A stretch of DNA of 48,755 nucleotides from Octopus bimaculoides. Its lineage: Eukaryota. This document shows, piece by piece, positions 1 to 11,187 of this stretch. Location of the stretch: assembly GCF_001194135.2 (NCBI RefSeq), contig NC_069002.1, positions 24,622,514 to 24,671,268 on the forward strand, given 5' to 3'. Each line of letters opens with the position of its first letter. Positions within the stretch are counted from its first letter, which is position 1. The notes under the pieces are model-generated. The model saw nothing but the letters and a program-made list of their open reading frames with translations. It was not told the origin of the DNA and made no database searches. The position numbers and the translations under genes were made by a program.

Positions 1-135
<135 letters not shown>

Positions 136-136
136 A

Positions 137-339
137 GGCGACGAGTTGACAGAAATTTAGCCCGCTGGACGAAATTCTTAGCAGTATTTCGCCCATCACC
201 ACGTTCTGAGTTCAAATTCCCCCAAAGTTGACTTTCCCTTACATCCTTTTGGGGTCGATAAATTATGTACTAGTGTAACTCTGGCTCGATGTAATTGACA
301 CTCCCCCAAAATGGCTTCTCTCGTGGCAAAATTTGAAAC

Positions 340-340
<1 letters not shown>
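137..340 (+). mobile_element. tRNA-headed SINE family A (tail 1), embedded in (TTA)n
   Basis: Head GGCGACGAGTTGACAGAA, B-box-like GAGTTCAAATTCC, body GACTTT..CATCCTTTTGGGGTCGATAAA, tail GTGGCAAAATTTGAAACC-(ATT)n; homologous to many other copies in the window. Confidence 0.9.
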
Positions 341-393
<53 letters not shown>

Positions 394-499
394 TATTATT
401 AGCACGCCAAACAAAATGCTTCGCACCCATTTCTAAAAGAGAGAAACAGAGATGAATAGACAGTGAGAGTGGGAGAGCCAGTTGAATCTGCTCCCAGTC

Positions 500-605
500 C
501 GTAACTGATCGTTTTTGATTTTTGCTGACTACGGAAGAATTAAAAGTTGACTTGTGTGGGATTTGAACTCAAATGCAAAAGTAGGATTAGTTGACTGCCC
601 TTAGT
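500..605 (-). mobile_element. Degenerate SINE A fragment
   Basis: AAAGTTGACTTGTGTGGGATTTGAACTCA matches the reverse complement of the family A B-box/body. Confidence 0.6.
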
Positions 606-1429
606 ATTGTCCTCAGGCATACCGTATTATATTGAAATATATCTCTACATATTTTGGCAGCTGTCGTTAAAATTTGTTCTATCTTTGACAATTTCTTTTC
701 TCTCGTTTACAGCACTGAAAAAGATTGAAATGGTAAATAATAGCTTTTCTGTTTGGTTTCTTTCGATTTTTCAAACATCTATGATTCAACTGACACTTTG
801 AATCCTCAAGTTAGAAATATAATACACACTGCATAAGAAGTTGTGAAAGAGAAATAAGCTGTGTGTATGGAACTAGTCAAGAGTAAGTAAACAGATGATA
901 AATCGATGAAGTGGGTAGAAGTTTCCAAGCGACCAGAAAGTTGAAGGTTATAAAGAATGGATTTAACGGGAATTTAATTGGTTTACATCGTAATTACTTT
1001 TCTGGACTAGCACATTTCTTCATTGCGATTTAAAAAGGTAATTATGTTGGTAGGAATGCGAATATAAAATCGTGAAACACTTGAAAATATAGAATAATAT
1101 TGGATTGTATAATGGAATATATTATAAGAATAATGGAATATAAAAGTGGGATCACAAATTGAAGTGAATAAATAACTTTATTACAAAAGCCATGAACGTC
1201 CATAAATTTTCTTACGGTATCGTTTAACTGCAATTCGGCGTTTCTTCAATGATTATTCTTCAATTCACATTATTAAACAAATAAACTATAGTTATTACAA
1301 CTATACATATTCTACCAGGCTTTTATTATGTAAATGTTATGTTGTTTCCATATGAATTTGAAAGACAAACCAAACACGTACCAAATATTTTTATAATGCT
1401 TCGTCCGATTCCAAATTATGGAAAAGAAC

Positions 1430-1434
1430 GCACG

Positions 1435-1488
<54 letters not shown>
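1430..1488. repeat. (CA)n microsatellite
   Basis: Perfect CA run preceded by (CACG)n. Confidence 0.99.
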
Positions 1489-1489
<1 letters not shown>

Positions 1490-1952
1490 TGGTTGAATTA
1501 AAAAGAGGGAATTGAATAATATATGAATATATATATAATGGACAGCTAATTTAAAATATATCATTCTGTATATTGACTCATTCTTAATATAGACCACGAA
1601 AGGTTATTAATCGCCTCCTCCTCACCAGTGATGCTCAGGGTTAAACTACATTAGTTCATCAAACGATTGATTAAATCACATTGATTCCACTCCTGTGACA
1701 TGGTATTAGACTTATTTCAGACACAGACGTATAAACATAGATATATTCAAACGTTTTATTTAATTATCTAAATGCTTCTAAGCATCAATATTAACTGCCT
1801 AAAGGTGGGTTACAAAGGCCACGGGTAATGCATTTTCTGCAAGAATGAACAAGTAACCACACACAACTATTAGTGCTACTACTACTACCACGCACACACA
1901 CACACACACAAATACACACACATACGCACACACATTCGCACACACATATATA

Positions 1953-2804
1953 GTGGGTGTGATGGATAAATTGCTGCCATTTTTCTATTTTTAATTTCGC
2001 GCGTGCGCTTTTTTGCTTCTGGTTTTGTCGACTACACAATACAGTAGGGTCTGCTGGGCACCGTCTGTGAGAAAAATAGCACCATGACGCAATTCACTCA
2101 GCCAAAAATTTGCAAACTACGTGCTGTATTGCTTGGCATTCGCGCCGAAAGCTTCAATACGAATATCTCAGAGTATTGGGTGTCAACCTGATTCCCTAAA
2201 ACACGTACCGGGAGTGATAAAAATCAAACATCCAGTCAATATCATACGTGTTTGGAGTGATTACTAATGATGGCGATGTTATGCCTCCTTTCATCTTCCC
2301 ACACAGCCTCAGGCTCAACATAGAGATCTACATCAAGTATCTGGAGGAGGTGCCTGGGTCAAGAGAGTGACTGCTGGAAGACCCTGTGTCTGTCAACAGG
2401 ACTCTGCACCATGCCACACAAGCAGGAGAACACAAACGACCTCATTACTCCTTAATACCTGGCTACCTGACTCCCCAGACTGCAATCCCCTTGATTATTA
2501 TGTGTGGGGTGCAGCTGAGCGAGAGACCAGCAAAACTCCTCATAACACCAAAGATGATTTGAAGGCAAGGATTATGGCAGCATTCACCAACTTAAACAAG
2601 GAGACCGTCCAGCAGAGTTGTAGGAGACTCCGAAGTCGTCTGGAGGCTGTGGTTGAAGCCAGTAGCGATTTTATTGAAGAAATTTACTCTTTAGAATTTC
2701 AAGACATTGTTTTGTAAATTTGATAAATATATCTGTAAAAATGAGATGTCAGTGTTATTTTTATTTTTGCCTAATTTAGACGACAATTTATTCACCACAC
2801 CCTG
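1953..2804 (+). mobile_element. Internally deleted Tc1/mariner-superfamily transposon, maT/DD37D-like transposase remnant
   Basis: Imperfect TIRs GGGTGTGATGGATAAATTG (1955) and CAATTTATTCACCACACCCTG (ends 2804). Translation gives KHPVNI..VFGVITNDGDVMPPFIFP, QQDSAPCHTSRRTQ and WLPDSPDCNPLDYYVWG (ORF 2367-2717), typical catalytic-domain motifs. Frameshifted. Confidence 0.85.
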
Positions 2805-2836
2805 TGTATATACATACACACAGACACACACACACA

Positions 2837-2879
<43 letters not shown>

Positions 2880-3006
2880 ACACACATATATACACATATA
2901 CATATACACACACATACACACACACACACAAACACACACATACACACACATACACACACATACACACATATATACACATATATAGACACACACATACACA
3001 CACACA

Positions 3007-3048
<42 letters not shown>

Positions 3049-3050
3049 AA
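2805..3050. repeat. Compound (CA)n/(TA)n microsatellite
   Basis: Imperfect CA/TA array; the source of several HT/VC pseudo-ORFs. Confidence 0.98.
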
Positions 3051-3088
3051 AGTATAAAGGTAAAAAATTAAAATAATTTATAACCAGT

Positions 3089-3480
3089 GGCGTAGGAGTG
3101 AATGCGTGGTAAGTAGCTTGCTTACGAACCACATGGTTCTGGGTTCAGTCCCACTGTGTGGCACTTTGGCCTCGAGCCGACCAAAGCCTTGTGAGTGGAT
3201 TTGGTAGACGGAAACTGAAAGAAGCTCGTCGTATATATGTATATAATCATATATATGTATATGTGTGTATATCTTTATGTGTCTGTGTTTGTCCCCCCAT
3301 CATCGCTTGACAACCGATGCTGGTGTGTTTACGTCCCCGTAACTTAGCGGTTCGGTGAAAAGTGACCGATAGAATAAGTACTAAGCTTACAAAGAATAAG
3401 TCCTGGGGTCAATTTTCTCGACTAAAGGCGGTGCTCCAGCATGGCCACAGTCAAATGACTGAAACAAGAAAAAGAACAAA
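3089..3480 (+). mobile_element. tRNA-headed SINE family B, near full length with small internal deletion
   Basis: Head GGCGTAGGAGTG..GGTTCAGTCCC, internal TA/TG microsatellite, body CATCGCTTGACAACCGATGCTGGTGTGTTTACGTCCCCGTAACTTAGCGGTTCGG, tail GGCGGTGCTCCAGCATGGCCACAGTCAAATGACTGAAAC; homologous to copies at 26290, 38505 and 48575. Confidence 0.9.
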
Positions 3481-3597
3481 AAAAGAGTGGTTCACATGCT
3501 TAATATATTTTATATAAGAGAATATAAAGATTTATACACGGAGAGAAGACACCCGACAGAACTTTGATGTTTCCTCTTTCTCATTTCACCAATACTT

Positions 3598-3670
3598 TCC
3601 TTGTGACGAAGGACCTACTTTTCGAAACGTAAAACTTCTTTCTATTGTTTTGAGCGTTAAAGTAATACAG
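3598..3670 (+). repeat. Short repeat with minimal hammerhead-like motif (Penelope-tail-like), copy 1
   Basis: GTGACGA-A-GGA(CCTACTT)TTC-GAAAC-GTA; downstream GAGCGTTAAAGTAATAC shared with the copy at 45468. Confidence 0.5.
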
Positions 3671-5327
3671 TACTGGTTAAAACATATCCTTCCAGTATTG
3701 ATATTTTCTAGTGGTTGCTATATCGTGGTGGAGTATATACACTATCAAAGCACCGCGTGTTAAAACACCTCAGTGTTATAGACAGGCGATGTCCATCACT
3801 CCCAAATGGGACTGAGGGGGAGTTGCCTCACCTGTCTATGGCTCTGTGTTTTAACTCTCGGCGATTTGAGAGCGAATATATTCCACCACGCTATTGCAGC
3901 CAGCGGAAAAATACACCATAGATAAATGCATGTACATGTACACACGCACCTCGCGCGCACACTCACACACACGCACATGCACACACGCATATATATATAT
4001 ATATATATATATANNNNNNNNNNNNNNNNNNNNNNNNNNNNNNNNNNNNNNNNNNNNNNNNNNNNNNNNNNNNNNNNNNNNNNNNNNNNNNNNNNNNNNN
4101 NNNNNNNNNNNNNNNNNNNNNNNNNNNNNNNNNNNNNNNNNNNNNNNNNNNNNNNNNNNNNNNNNNNNNNNNNNNNNNNNNNNNNNNNNNNNNNNNNNNN
4201 NNNNNNNNNNNNNNNNNNNNNNNNNNNNNNNNNNNNNNNNNNNNNNNNNNNNNNNNNNNNNNNNNNNNNNNNNNNNNNNNNNNNNNNNNNNNNNNNNNNN
4301 NNNNNNNNNNNNNNNNNNNNNNNNNNNNNNNNNNNNNNNNNNNNNNNNNNNNNNNNNNNNNNNNNNNNNNNNNNNNNNNNNNNNNNNNNNNNNNNNNNNN
4401 NNNNNNNNNNTTTAATGAACAATATGAGATTTTGCTTTTGCAGATTCAAAGCGATAAATTTTATTGATGCGCGCCGTTATTTACAAAATTCTTCAGAGTG
4501 AACTCTGCACTTTACAACCGTTTATTCTATGGGATAATATCCATTGTTTATCGATGAACTGTTTATCAATCCCTGTTTGTCAATTATTGTATATCAATGT
4601 ACACGAATATTCTGTCTTCTAACAGTTGTGTCTTTGTACGAAATTACGAAACCATTTTAATTAAATGGGTATTTTCATGAATGAGTTTTAATATTTAAGA
4701 TCTATGTCTTCTACACAGAACAATAAGCAAAATACACGCATGATAAAAAAAAATTAAAATAAACAAGGTCAAAATATAAAGGTGAAAATTATATTAATAT
4801 TAGATAATATTTAAATTACATAGATACAATATACATATGAAAGAGAATGAAATATGATTCGGATTTCATTGTATTTTCTATGGGTTGTTTTTCCCTTCTT
4901 CGTTTATATTTAGTTTACATATAAGAGGGAATTAATATGATTTTCATCTTGACATTTGCAGCCGTTAATCTTGCTTTTGACTTCTGATTATTGTTTTGTC
5001 AATGGCGAAGATGTTCATCTTCATAAAGCAGCCTCCCGTTATAATATGCTGTAAGCAAAGCAAAAGACAGCGGGTGACGGAGAGAGAGTGAAAGAGAGAA
5101 GAAAGGGATAGTGAGTGAGAAATGGAGAGAGGGAGAGAATCAGAAATCAGTGGAGATAAAAGTTTAAGGAAGAATAATTGAGAAGGAAATGATTCTGATA
5201 TTTATCTCAACTATAATTTATCTTCATTCCACGAGGAATCTGTAATTATTCTGCATTTCCATTAATGAGAATGCTACAGGCATCTGAACTTAATACGCTG
5301 ACAATGTGTTTCGAAGAAATCTGATGT

Positions 5328-5328
5328 A

Positions 5329-5405
<77 letters not shown>

Positions 5406-5465
5406 TGTGTGTGTGTACATACATAGGTGCATGCATACCAACATACATACATACATACATACATA
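5328..5465. repeat. (GT)n, (GCGT)n and (CATA)n microsatellites
   Basis: Direct inspection. Confidence 0.98.
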
Positions 5466-5887
5466 CATATTGAGTGTTTCCATTATAAGACTATTCTCAA
5501 ATCAGCATCGTTAATATTCGCATATGAAACTCACTGAATAACAACCTCTTATGACTAATCTTATAATTAACTGTATCTAACAGCGAACCCAAGGCATCGT
5601 TCATTCAGATATTTGCATTGCCCAATGTTAACTTTACATTTTACAGCAGTGTACATAAAAGCACAGAGATATATTATGCGTATATAATTTATGTTTAAGG
5701 AGCCAGGATGATAGCAATAATGATTAACATCATACGGAATAATGCTCTTATAGAATTCAATTTACAAACCACTTACGCAGTTTCTATGATTCCATTTATT
5801 ATGGAAATATTACTTTGACAGACACAGAACTCAACGAGACAACGTATTTCTATCATTATGCAAGTTTTGAAGATCTTCTCCTACTAT

Positions 5888-6102
5888 ATTCTTCTCTACT
5901 CTAGGCATAAGGCTCGAAATTTTGTGGGAGGGGCCCAGTCGATTAGATCAACCCCAGTACGAAACTGGTACTTAATTTATCGACACCGAAATGATGAAAG
6001 GCAAAGTCGACCTCGGCAGAATTTGAACTCAGAACGTAAAGACAGACGAAACACCGCTAAGAATTTCGCCCGGCGTGCTAGCGTTTCTGCCAGCTCGCTG
6101 CC
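5888..6102 (-). mobile_element. SINE family A (tail 3), well preserved
   Basis: Reverse complement of head (CTGCCAGCTCGCTGCC), B box (GAATTTGAACTC), body (GATGAAAGGCAAAGTCGACCTCGGC) and tail (TAGGCATAAGGCTCGAAATTT). Confidence 0.92.
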
Positions 6103-6388
6103 TTCTTATCCAACCATATTACTGCAATAATGAGTGCAATATTGTACTCGTAAACTAAAGAGCGACAATTTTCTCGCTTCAAGTTCTCTGGGGTTCAATC
6201 CTTATCGCAGTTTCTTCAGAAAGATGACACTGTTTTAATTCAACTATTGGTGTTTCCATAACTTTCTTCTCAATATATTTCTGCCTTAATCTACACTTGC
6301 TATTATAAATCTTAAAAACAAAATCTGGATGAGGAAGAAAAAATAGATTCTTGCATAGTCCATGTTTGTTTTGTTACTGTCAGTAGAA

Positions 6389-6558
6389 GGCGGTGAGCTA
6401 CGAGAATCGTCAGCACGTAGGACAAAATGCTGAACCATTTCTTCCGGCTCTTTACGTTCGAATACCGCCGAGCTGAACTTCGCGTCATCCCTTCGAGGTC
6501 GATAAAATAAAATACTAGTGAAGTGCTGTGGTCGATGTAACAGACTTTCCCATCAAAT
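6389..6558 (+). mobile_element. SINE family A, diverged
   Basis: GGCGGTGAGCTACGAGAATCGTCAGCACG..CATCCCTTCGAGGTCGATAAAATAAAATACTAGT. Confidence 0.85.
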
Positions 6559-6932
6559 TTGCTATTTTTGAAGCATGTAATGGACCGGTGCCCTGTTCAG
6601 GGAGAAAGTTGTGATTTCGGTCACGCGTTTAAGCCATAGAAACCGGATACCCGGCGTTGCTAGACCCTTGGCTAAAAAAAGAAACATGTGTAACATATGT
6701 TTTGTCTTTAAAGTAATATTTATTATAGTTTCAACTATCAACATTCTTTATTTTCGAAGGTTTTAAATGATAAAATATATCAACATACCAACAGTAGTCG
6801 TCGAACTTGATGACTTCTGTAACATTTAGCAACATCCCTTTCCATTAAATGCTGCAAAGGCTTCGTTTCGCTTTTCTCTTTCCGGTCAGGTTGTAGTGAA
6901 TACAATGACAATGGAATCAATTCTAATATGTA

Positions 6933-7467
6933 CAGGGTGGGGTAGAGAAGACGTACATTTTTTGAAATGGCTATTGCTCAGCCCCAGAGGGAGGGACATA
7001 TGTCCGACAGATACCATTCAGTCCGTGGTGTCTTAGCATTTTTTCTTCATGTGAAGCCCTGGTGCTGTGGACGATAGAGCATCACGTGTTTGCATACGAC
7101 AATTACGTGAAGAATAACGAGTCTGTCACAGTAGTTCATTGTGAGTTTCGGCACTGCTTCAACATTCACCGAGGCCGTTCGCATCTGTAACACAATCTTA
7201 CGTTGAGTGAATGCACTTCGTACACGAGATACACTAATGAATAGGAAATCGGTGGAGGTGCCACAAACGGTACGGACCCCAGAAAATCAGGAACGCGTCA
7301 GACAATCTTTGATACACCACATGATGGATGTTGTTTTCCACACCTTATTTTGACAAATGCTAATTCAGTTCGAACGCACTGATGTCAATAAGTTTTTTGT
7401 TTTTTTTTTTGCAGCTAAAATTAATGATTTTGTCAATTTCTCAAAAACGTCCTTCCTCTCTGCCCTA
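6933..7467 (+). mobile_element. Internally deleted Tc1/mariner-superfamily transposon (N-terminal HTH remnant)
   Basis: TA-flanked imperfect TIRs CAGGGTGGGGTAGAGAAGACGTAC and ACGTCCTTCCTCTCTGCCCTA. Internal translation WTIEHHVFAYDNYVKNNESVTVVHCEFRHCFNIH and VRTPENQERVRQS resembles Tc1-type transposase N-termini; catalytic domain deleted. Confidence 0.7.
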
Positions 7468-8337
7468 TATGATTTTATCCTAGAACGATTTGGCGTTATA
7501 CCAAGAAAATATTCTATAAATACATGACCTTATAGCATTATTAGTTTAAATTTCAAATAATTCTTTTTCAAGTTTTTTAAGTTTTGGATCAGAGGAACAC
7601 AAAGCAGATAACGCTACAATAGCATGTAAAAATTGGGTTAAAAATCCCATTTTGACAGAAAATTCGAAAGTTGTCTGTATAATATATTCAATGAAATAAA
7701 ATCCAAAAAGAAAAAGAGAAAATGGAAGCACGACATAGGAGTCATATAACAAACTAGTATATAAAAACCTCCAACTCCGGATTCCTTATTCAATGTCTAG
7801 ATACAAAAGATTACGTTTTCTAAAATTATAGGATGATTTTCGTTAAAGATATCGCTTCAGAAATTAATTCAATGTCTGTGTTTGTAATTGTTGCATCAGG
7901 GTCGATAGAATAAAATACTGTTCAGATAGGGACTAATCCCTCCCCTCAAAACATCCTAAAGTAAGATCCATGTTAAAACTATTGCTTGCCACTTTAGTTA
8001 GGAGGGATTTTATCTTGAGGTTTGGTGACACGAAGCCTCTTCAAATTTGAAGAATATTTCTTAGGAATTTTGCAGAATACGGGATGACACTTTCCTGCAG
8101 GTCGACAACGTGTCTCTGTTTCAATATCCTTCTGACTTTTAGCTGTCTGTTTGGGTGTTGTGCTGCATCACAGAAACAATTGTCATCTTTGTCTTCCACT
8201 TTCTCTCCTTCTCTCTGATTAAGTCCTGATATTTCTCAGTTTTGTTTTTGTTTTTTTCTAATGTTTTTGGTGTCCGTTCTGATATCTGTTGTGTTACAAA
8301 GAGTATGATTTACATTACTATGCTCTATCTTTATGTA

Positions 8338-9701
8338 TTGGGTTGATAACTAAGTTCCCACCGATTTTTTAAAGTTTGGAATTTATTGCATTTTTAAATT
8401 TTGGAATCTATTTCTTTCGAGAATTCTATTTTTGAATCATTTTGGAATCTATTTTGTTTTTAACTAGTTAATTTTAATAACTTTTTGTTTATTTTCAGAT
8501 CATTAAAATTGAATGTCAAGTTAAGATAAACAAGCATTTGACACCTCGTTTTTGCTTTTAATCAAGGTCCTAAGGCTGCAAAAGCTGTGTATGGAGAGGG
8601 TGCCATAGCTGAAAGAACCGCTCGTGATTGGTATGCCAAGTTCAAAAATGGAAGATTTTGACCTCAAAGACGCACCTCGTTCTGGCCATCCAGTTGAGTT
8701 CGATGAAGAGCGATTAAGCCAACTTTTGCACGAAAATTCTCGTCAAACGACAAGGGAACTGGCAGAGAAAATGGAATGCTCTCACACTGTTATAGAGAAG
8801 CATCTTCATTTGATAGGAAAGGTATGGAGCATGGGTTCCGCATACTTTAAGTGACAACAACAAGAATCAACGAACCACAATCTCCGCTGGTTTCCTCGAT
8901 CGTCATCGCTCAACTCATGGACACAAGCAACGATTCCTTTACCGAATCGTTACTGGCGACGAAAAATGGTGCCTTTACATCAACATGAAGCAGCGTAAGG
9001 AATGGCTTAGCCCCGGTAAACAAGCGACACCGCGCGTGAAACAAGATCTTCATCCGCATAAAACGATGTTGTGCGTATGGTGGGACTGAGAAGGGATTAT
9101 CCATTACGAATTGCTTGAACGGATCCAAATGGTCAGCGCAGAACTCTATGTTCAACAGATGGAACGACTCAACACGGCTGTTCAAGAGAAAAGACCTAAT
9201 CGGCAGCATGGAGTTCTTCTGCTGCACGACAACGCCCGCCCTCATGTCGCCAATATGACCAAGGAAGCCATTCAAANNNNNNNNNNNNNNNNNNNNNNNN
9301 NNNNNNNNNNNNNNNNNNNNNNNNNNNNNNNNNNNNNNNNNNNNNNNNNNNNNNNNNNNNNNNNNNNNNNNNNNNNNNNNNNNNNNNNNNNNNNNNNNNN
9401 NNNNNNNNNNNNNNNNNNNNNNNNNNNNNNNNNNNNNNNNNNNNNNNNNNNNTTCTTTCAAATACTATGCGCGAAGTTTCGTTCAATACTGATGCAGAAT
9501 TGAGAGCTTGGTTGCATCAATTTTTCGAGTCGAAATCGGATGATTTCTACCAACGAGGTATTGAAAATCTTGTTGAACGTTGGGAAGAAGTTGTAAATAA
9601 CAAGGGTGAATACATTATTGATTAATTAGTTGTTATTTTTTATTAAACCTTTTAAAAAATTTAAATTTTAAAAAACCGCGGTAAGTTAGTTGCCAACTCA
9701 A
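8338..9701 (+). mobile_element. mariner (DD34D-type) transposon, full length but inactivated, with an assembly gap
   Basis: TA target duplications; ~30-bp TIRs TTGGGTTGATAACTAAGTTCCCACCG and CGCGGTAAGTTAGTTGCCAACTCAA. Motifs PRSGHP, WVPHTL, RIVTGDEKWCLY, KTMLCVWWD, HDNARPH and LVERWEEVV occur across frameshifts and stops. Confidence 0.95.
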
Positions 9702-9940
9702 TAGAAATCCCATAAAATCCTGTTTGGGATTGATCATCACAAATTCTGGTTCATATGTAAATTACTTTTCTGTCATTTTGAACCCACACCTTGGGCAAGC
9801 ATTTCAATGGACTCTTCTACCGATGCAGTCGTGTTGCGCTGAAAAATCGTTTTTGTGCTAATGTTCACTCAAGAGATGTTTAATACTTTCGTCTCTTTTT
9901 CCGCAAATTCAATTCTTGCTTCATCCTCATCGTCGTCGTC

Positions 9941-10128
9941 GTGGCTGAGGCATTAGCATGCTGGGCAAAATGCTTAGCCCGTTTTTACGATTTGAGTTCC
10001 GCCGATGTCGACTTTGCCTTTCATCCTTTCGGGGGCCGATAAATTAAGTACCAGTAAATCACTGGCGACGATGTAATCGACTAGTCCCCACCCTCCAAAT
10101 TTCAGGCCTTATGCCTTTAATAGAAAGG

Positions 10129-10194
<66 letters not shown>
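9941..10194 (+). mobile_element. SINE family A (tail 3) with (ATT)n tail
   Basis: GTCGACTTTGCCTTTCATCCTTTCGGGG..AAATTTCAGGCCTTATGCCTTTAATAGAAAGG followed by ~21 ATT units. Confidence 0.9.
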
Positions 10195-10196
<2 letters not shown>

Positions 10197-10207
10197 AGCG
10201 ACAAGCT

Positions 10208-11160
10208 AGTTAAGGAAGAGATGAAAACAAGCCCAGAAGAAGAGCAAAGAATGGCTATTTTATTATTATTAAAGCGACATGCTAGTTAAGGAAGAGATGA
10301 AAAAAGAAGCCAAGAAGAAGAGCAAAGAAGAATGACTAAAAAACCGGTGCATGGCCGACACCCACGGAGAGTAAACAAACCAGACGTAGAAAAACGAGAC
10401 ACTCATGTATGGATGAAGTGCTCAGGACTGAAGGCTGAAACCGAAGGTTTTATCATAGCAGCACAAGATCAAAGCTTGGCAACCAGGGCTTACCACAACA
10501 AAATAATGAACGATGGCACTGACCCGAAATGCAGAATGTGTCATGAGCAGGATGAAAGAGTGGACCACATCTTAACTGGATGCACAACGCTTGCAAAAAC
10601 TGAATATATTCATAGACACGATATATATCAATTGGAAGATATGTAAACACTACCAGCTTCCAACTTTAAAAAGATGGTACCAACATAAACCTGAAGCTGT
10701 GACCGAAAATGATGATGTAACAGTACACTGGGACATGCCAATCAACACCGATAAAGAAATCATGGGAAACAGGCCGGACATAATCATCAAGGATGGGAAG
10801 AATAAGAAATGCTTGATGATAGATGTGACATTACCATCAGAGAGAAATGTGTCCATTAAAGAAGTTGAGAAGTTATTTAAGTACAAAGACCAAGAAATAG
10901 AAGTGACCAAGATGTGGGGAATGAAAAGCAGCACAGCACTAGTGGTGATTGGAGCGTTAGGGCGAACTAAAAAGGGCCTTGATAAGCAGCTCAACAAACT
11001 CCCTTACAGGGTTAACGTGGGAGAACTTCAGAAAATGGTGTTACTAGGTTCCGCACACATTTTACGTCATGTAATCTCCATGAGATGAGGACCTGCTGTG
11101 ACCCTAGGGCCAAGGGATAACTCCAGTTCAACAGAAGACAACGACCCATTTTTTTAAAAT
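10208..11160 (+). mobile_element. 5'-truncated R4/Dong-like non-LTR retrotransposon with restriction-like endonuclease (copy 1)
   Basis: ORFs 10332-10646 and 10591-11088 (frameshifted): LKAETEGFIIAAQDQSL, CCHC knuckle CRMC..DHILTGC, RHD, RPDIII..IDVT..K..KY. Short 3' UTR ending in (AAT)n. Confidence 0.9.
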
Positions 11161-11187
11161 AATAATAATAATACTATTATTATTATT

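Noticed and set aside
137-230. SINE heads as tRNA genes
   Set aside because: A/B boxes are present, but there is no complete cloverleaf and each head continues into a SINE body.
4444-4501. Strong acceptor TTTTGCTTTTGCAG followed by FKAINFIDARRYLQNSSE*
   Set aside because: Short, next to a gap, and phase-incompatible with the next exon candidate; unsupported without RNA data.
6645-6672. TACCCGGCGTTGCT motif identical to the Helitron-like end at 22040
   Set aside because: The second hairpin arm is missing and no matching other end was found; only a 14-nt match.
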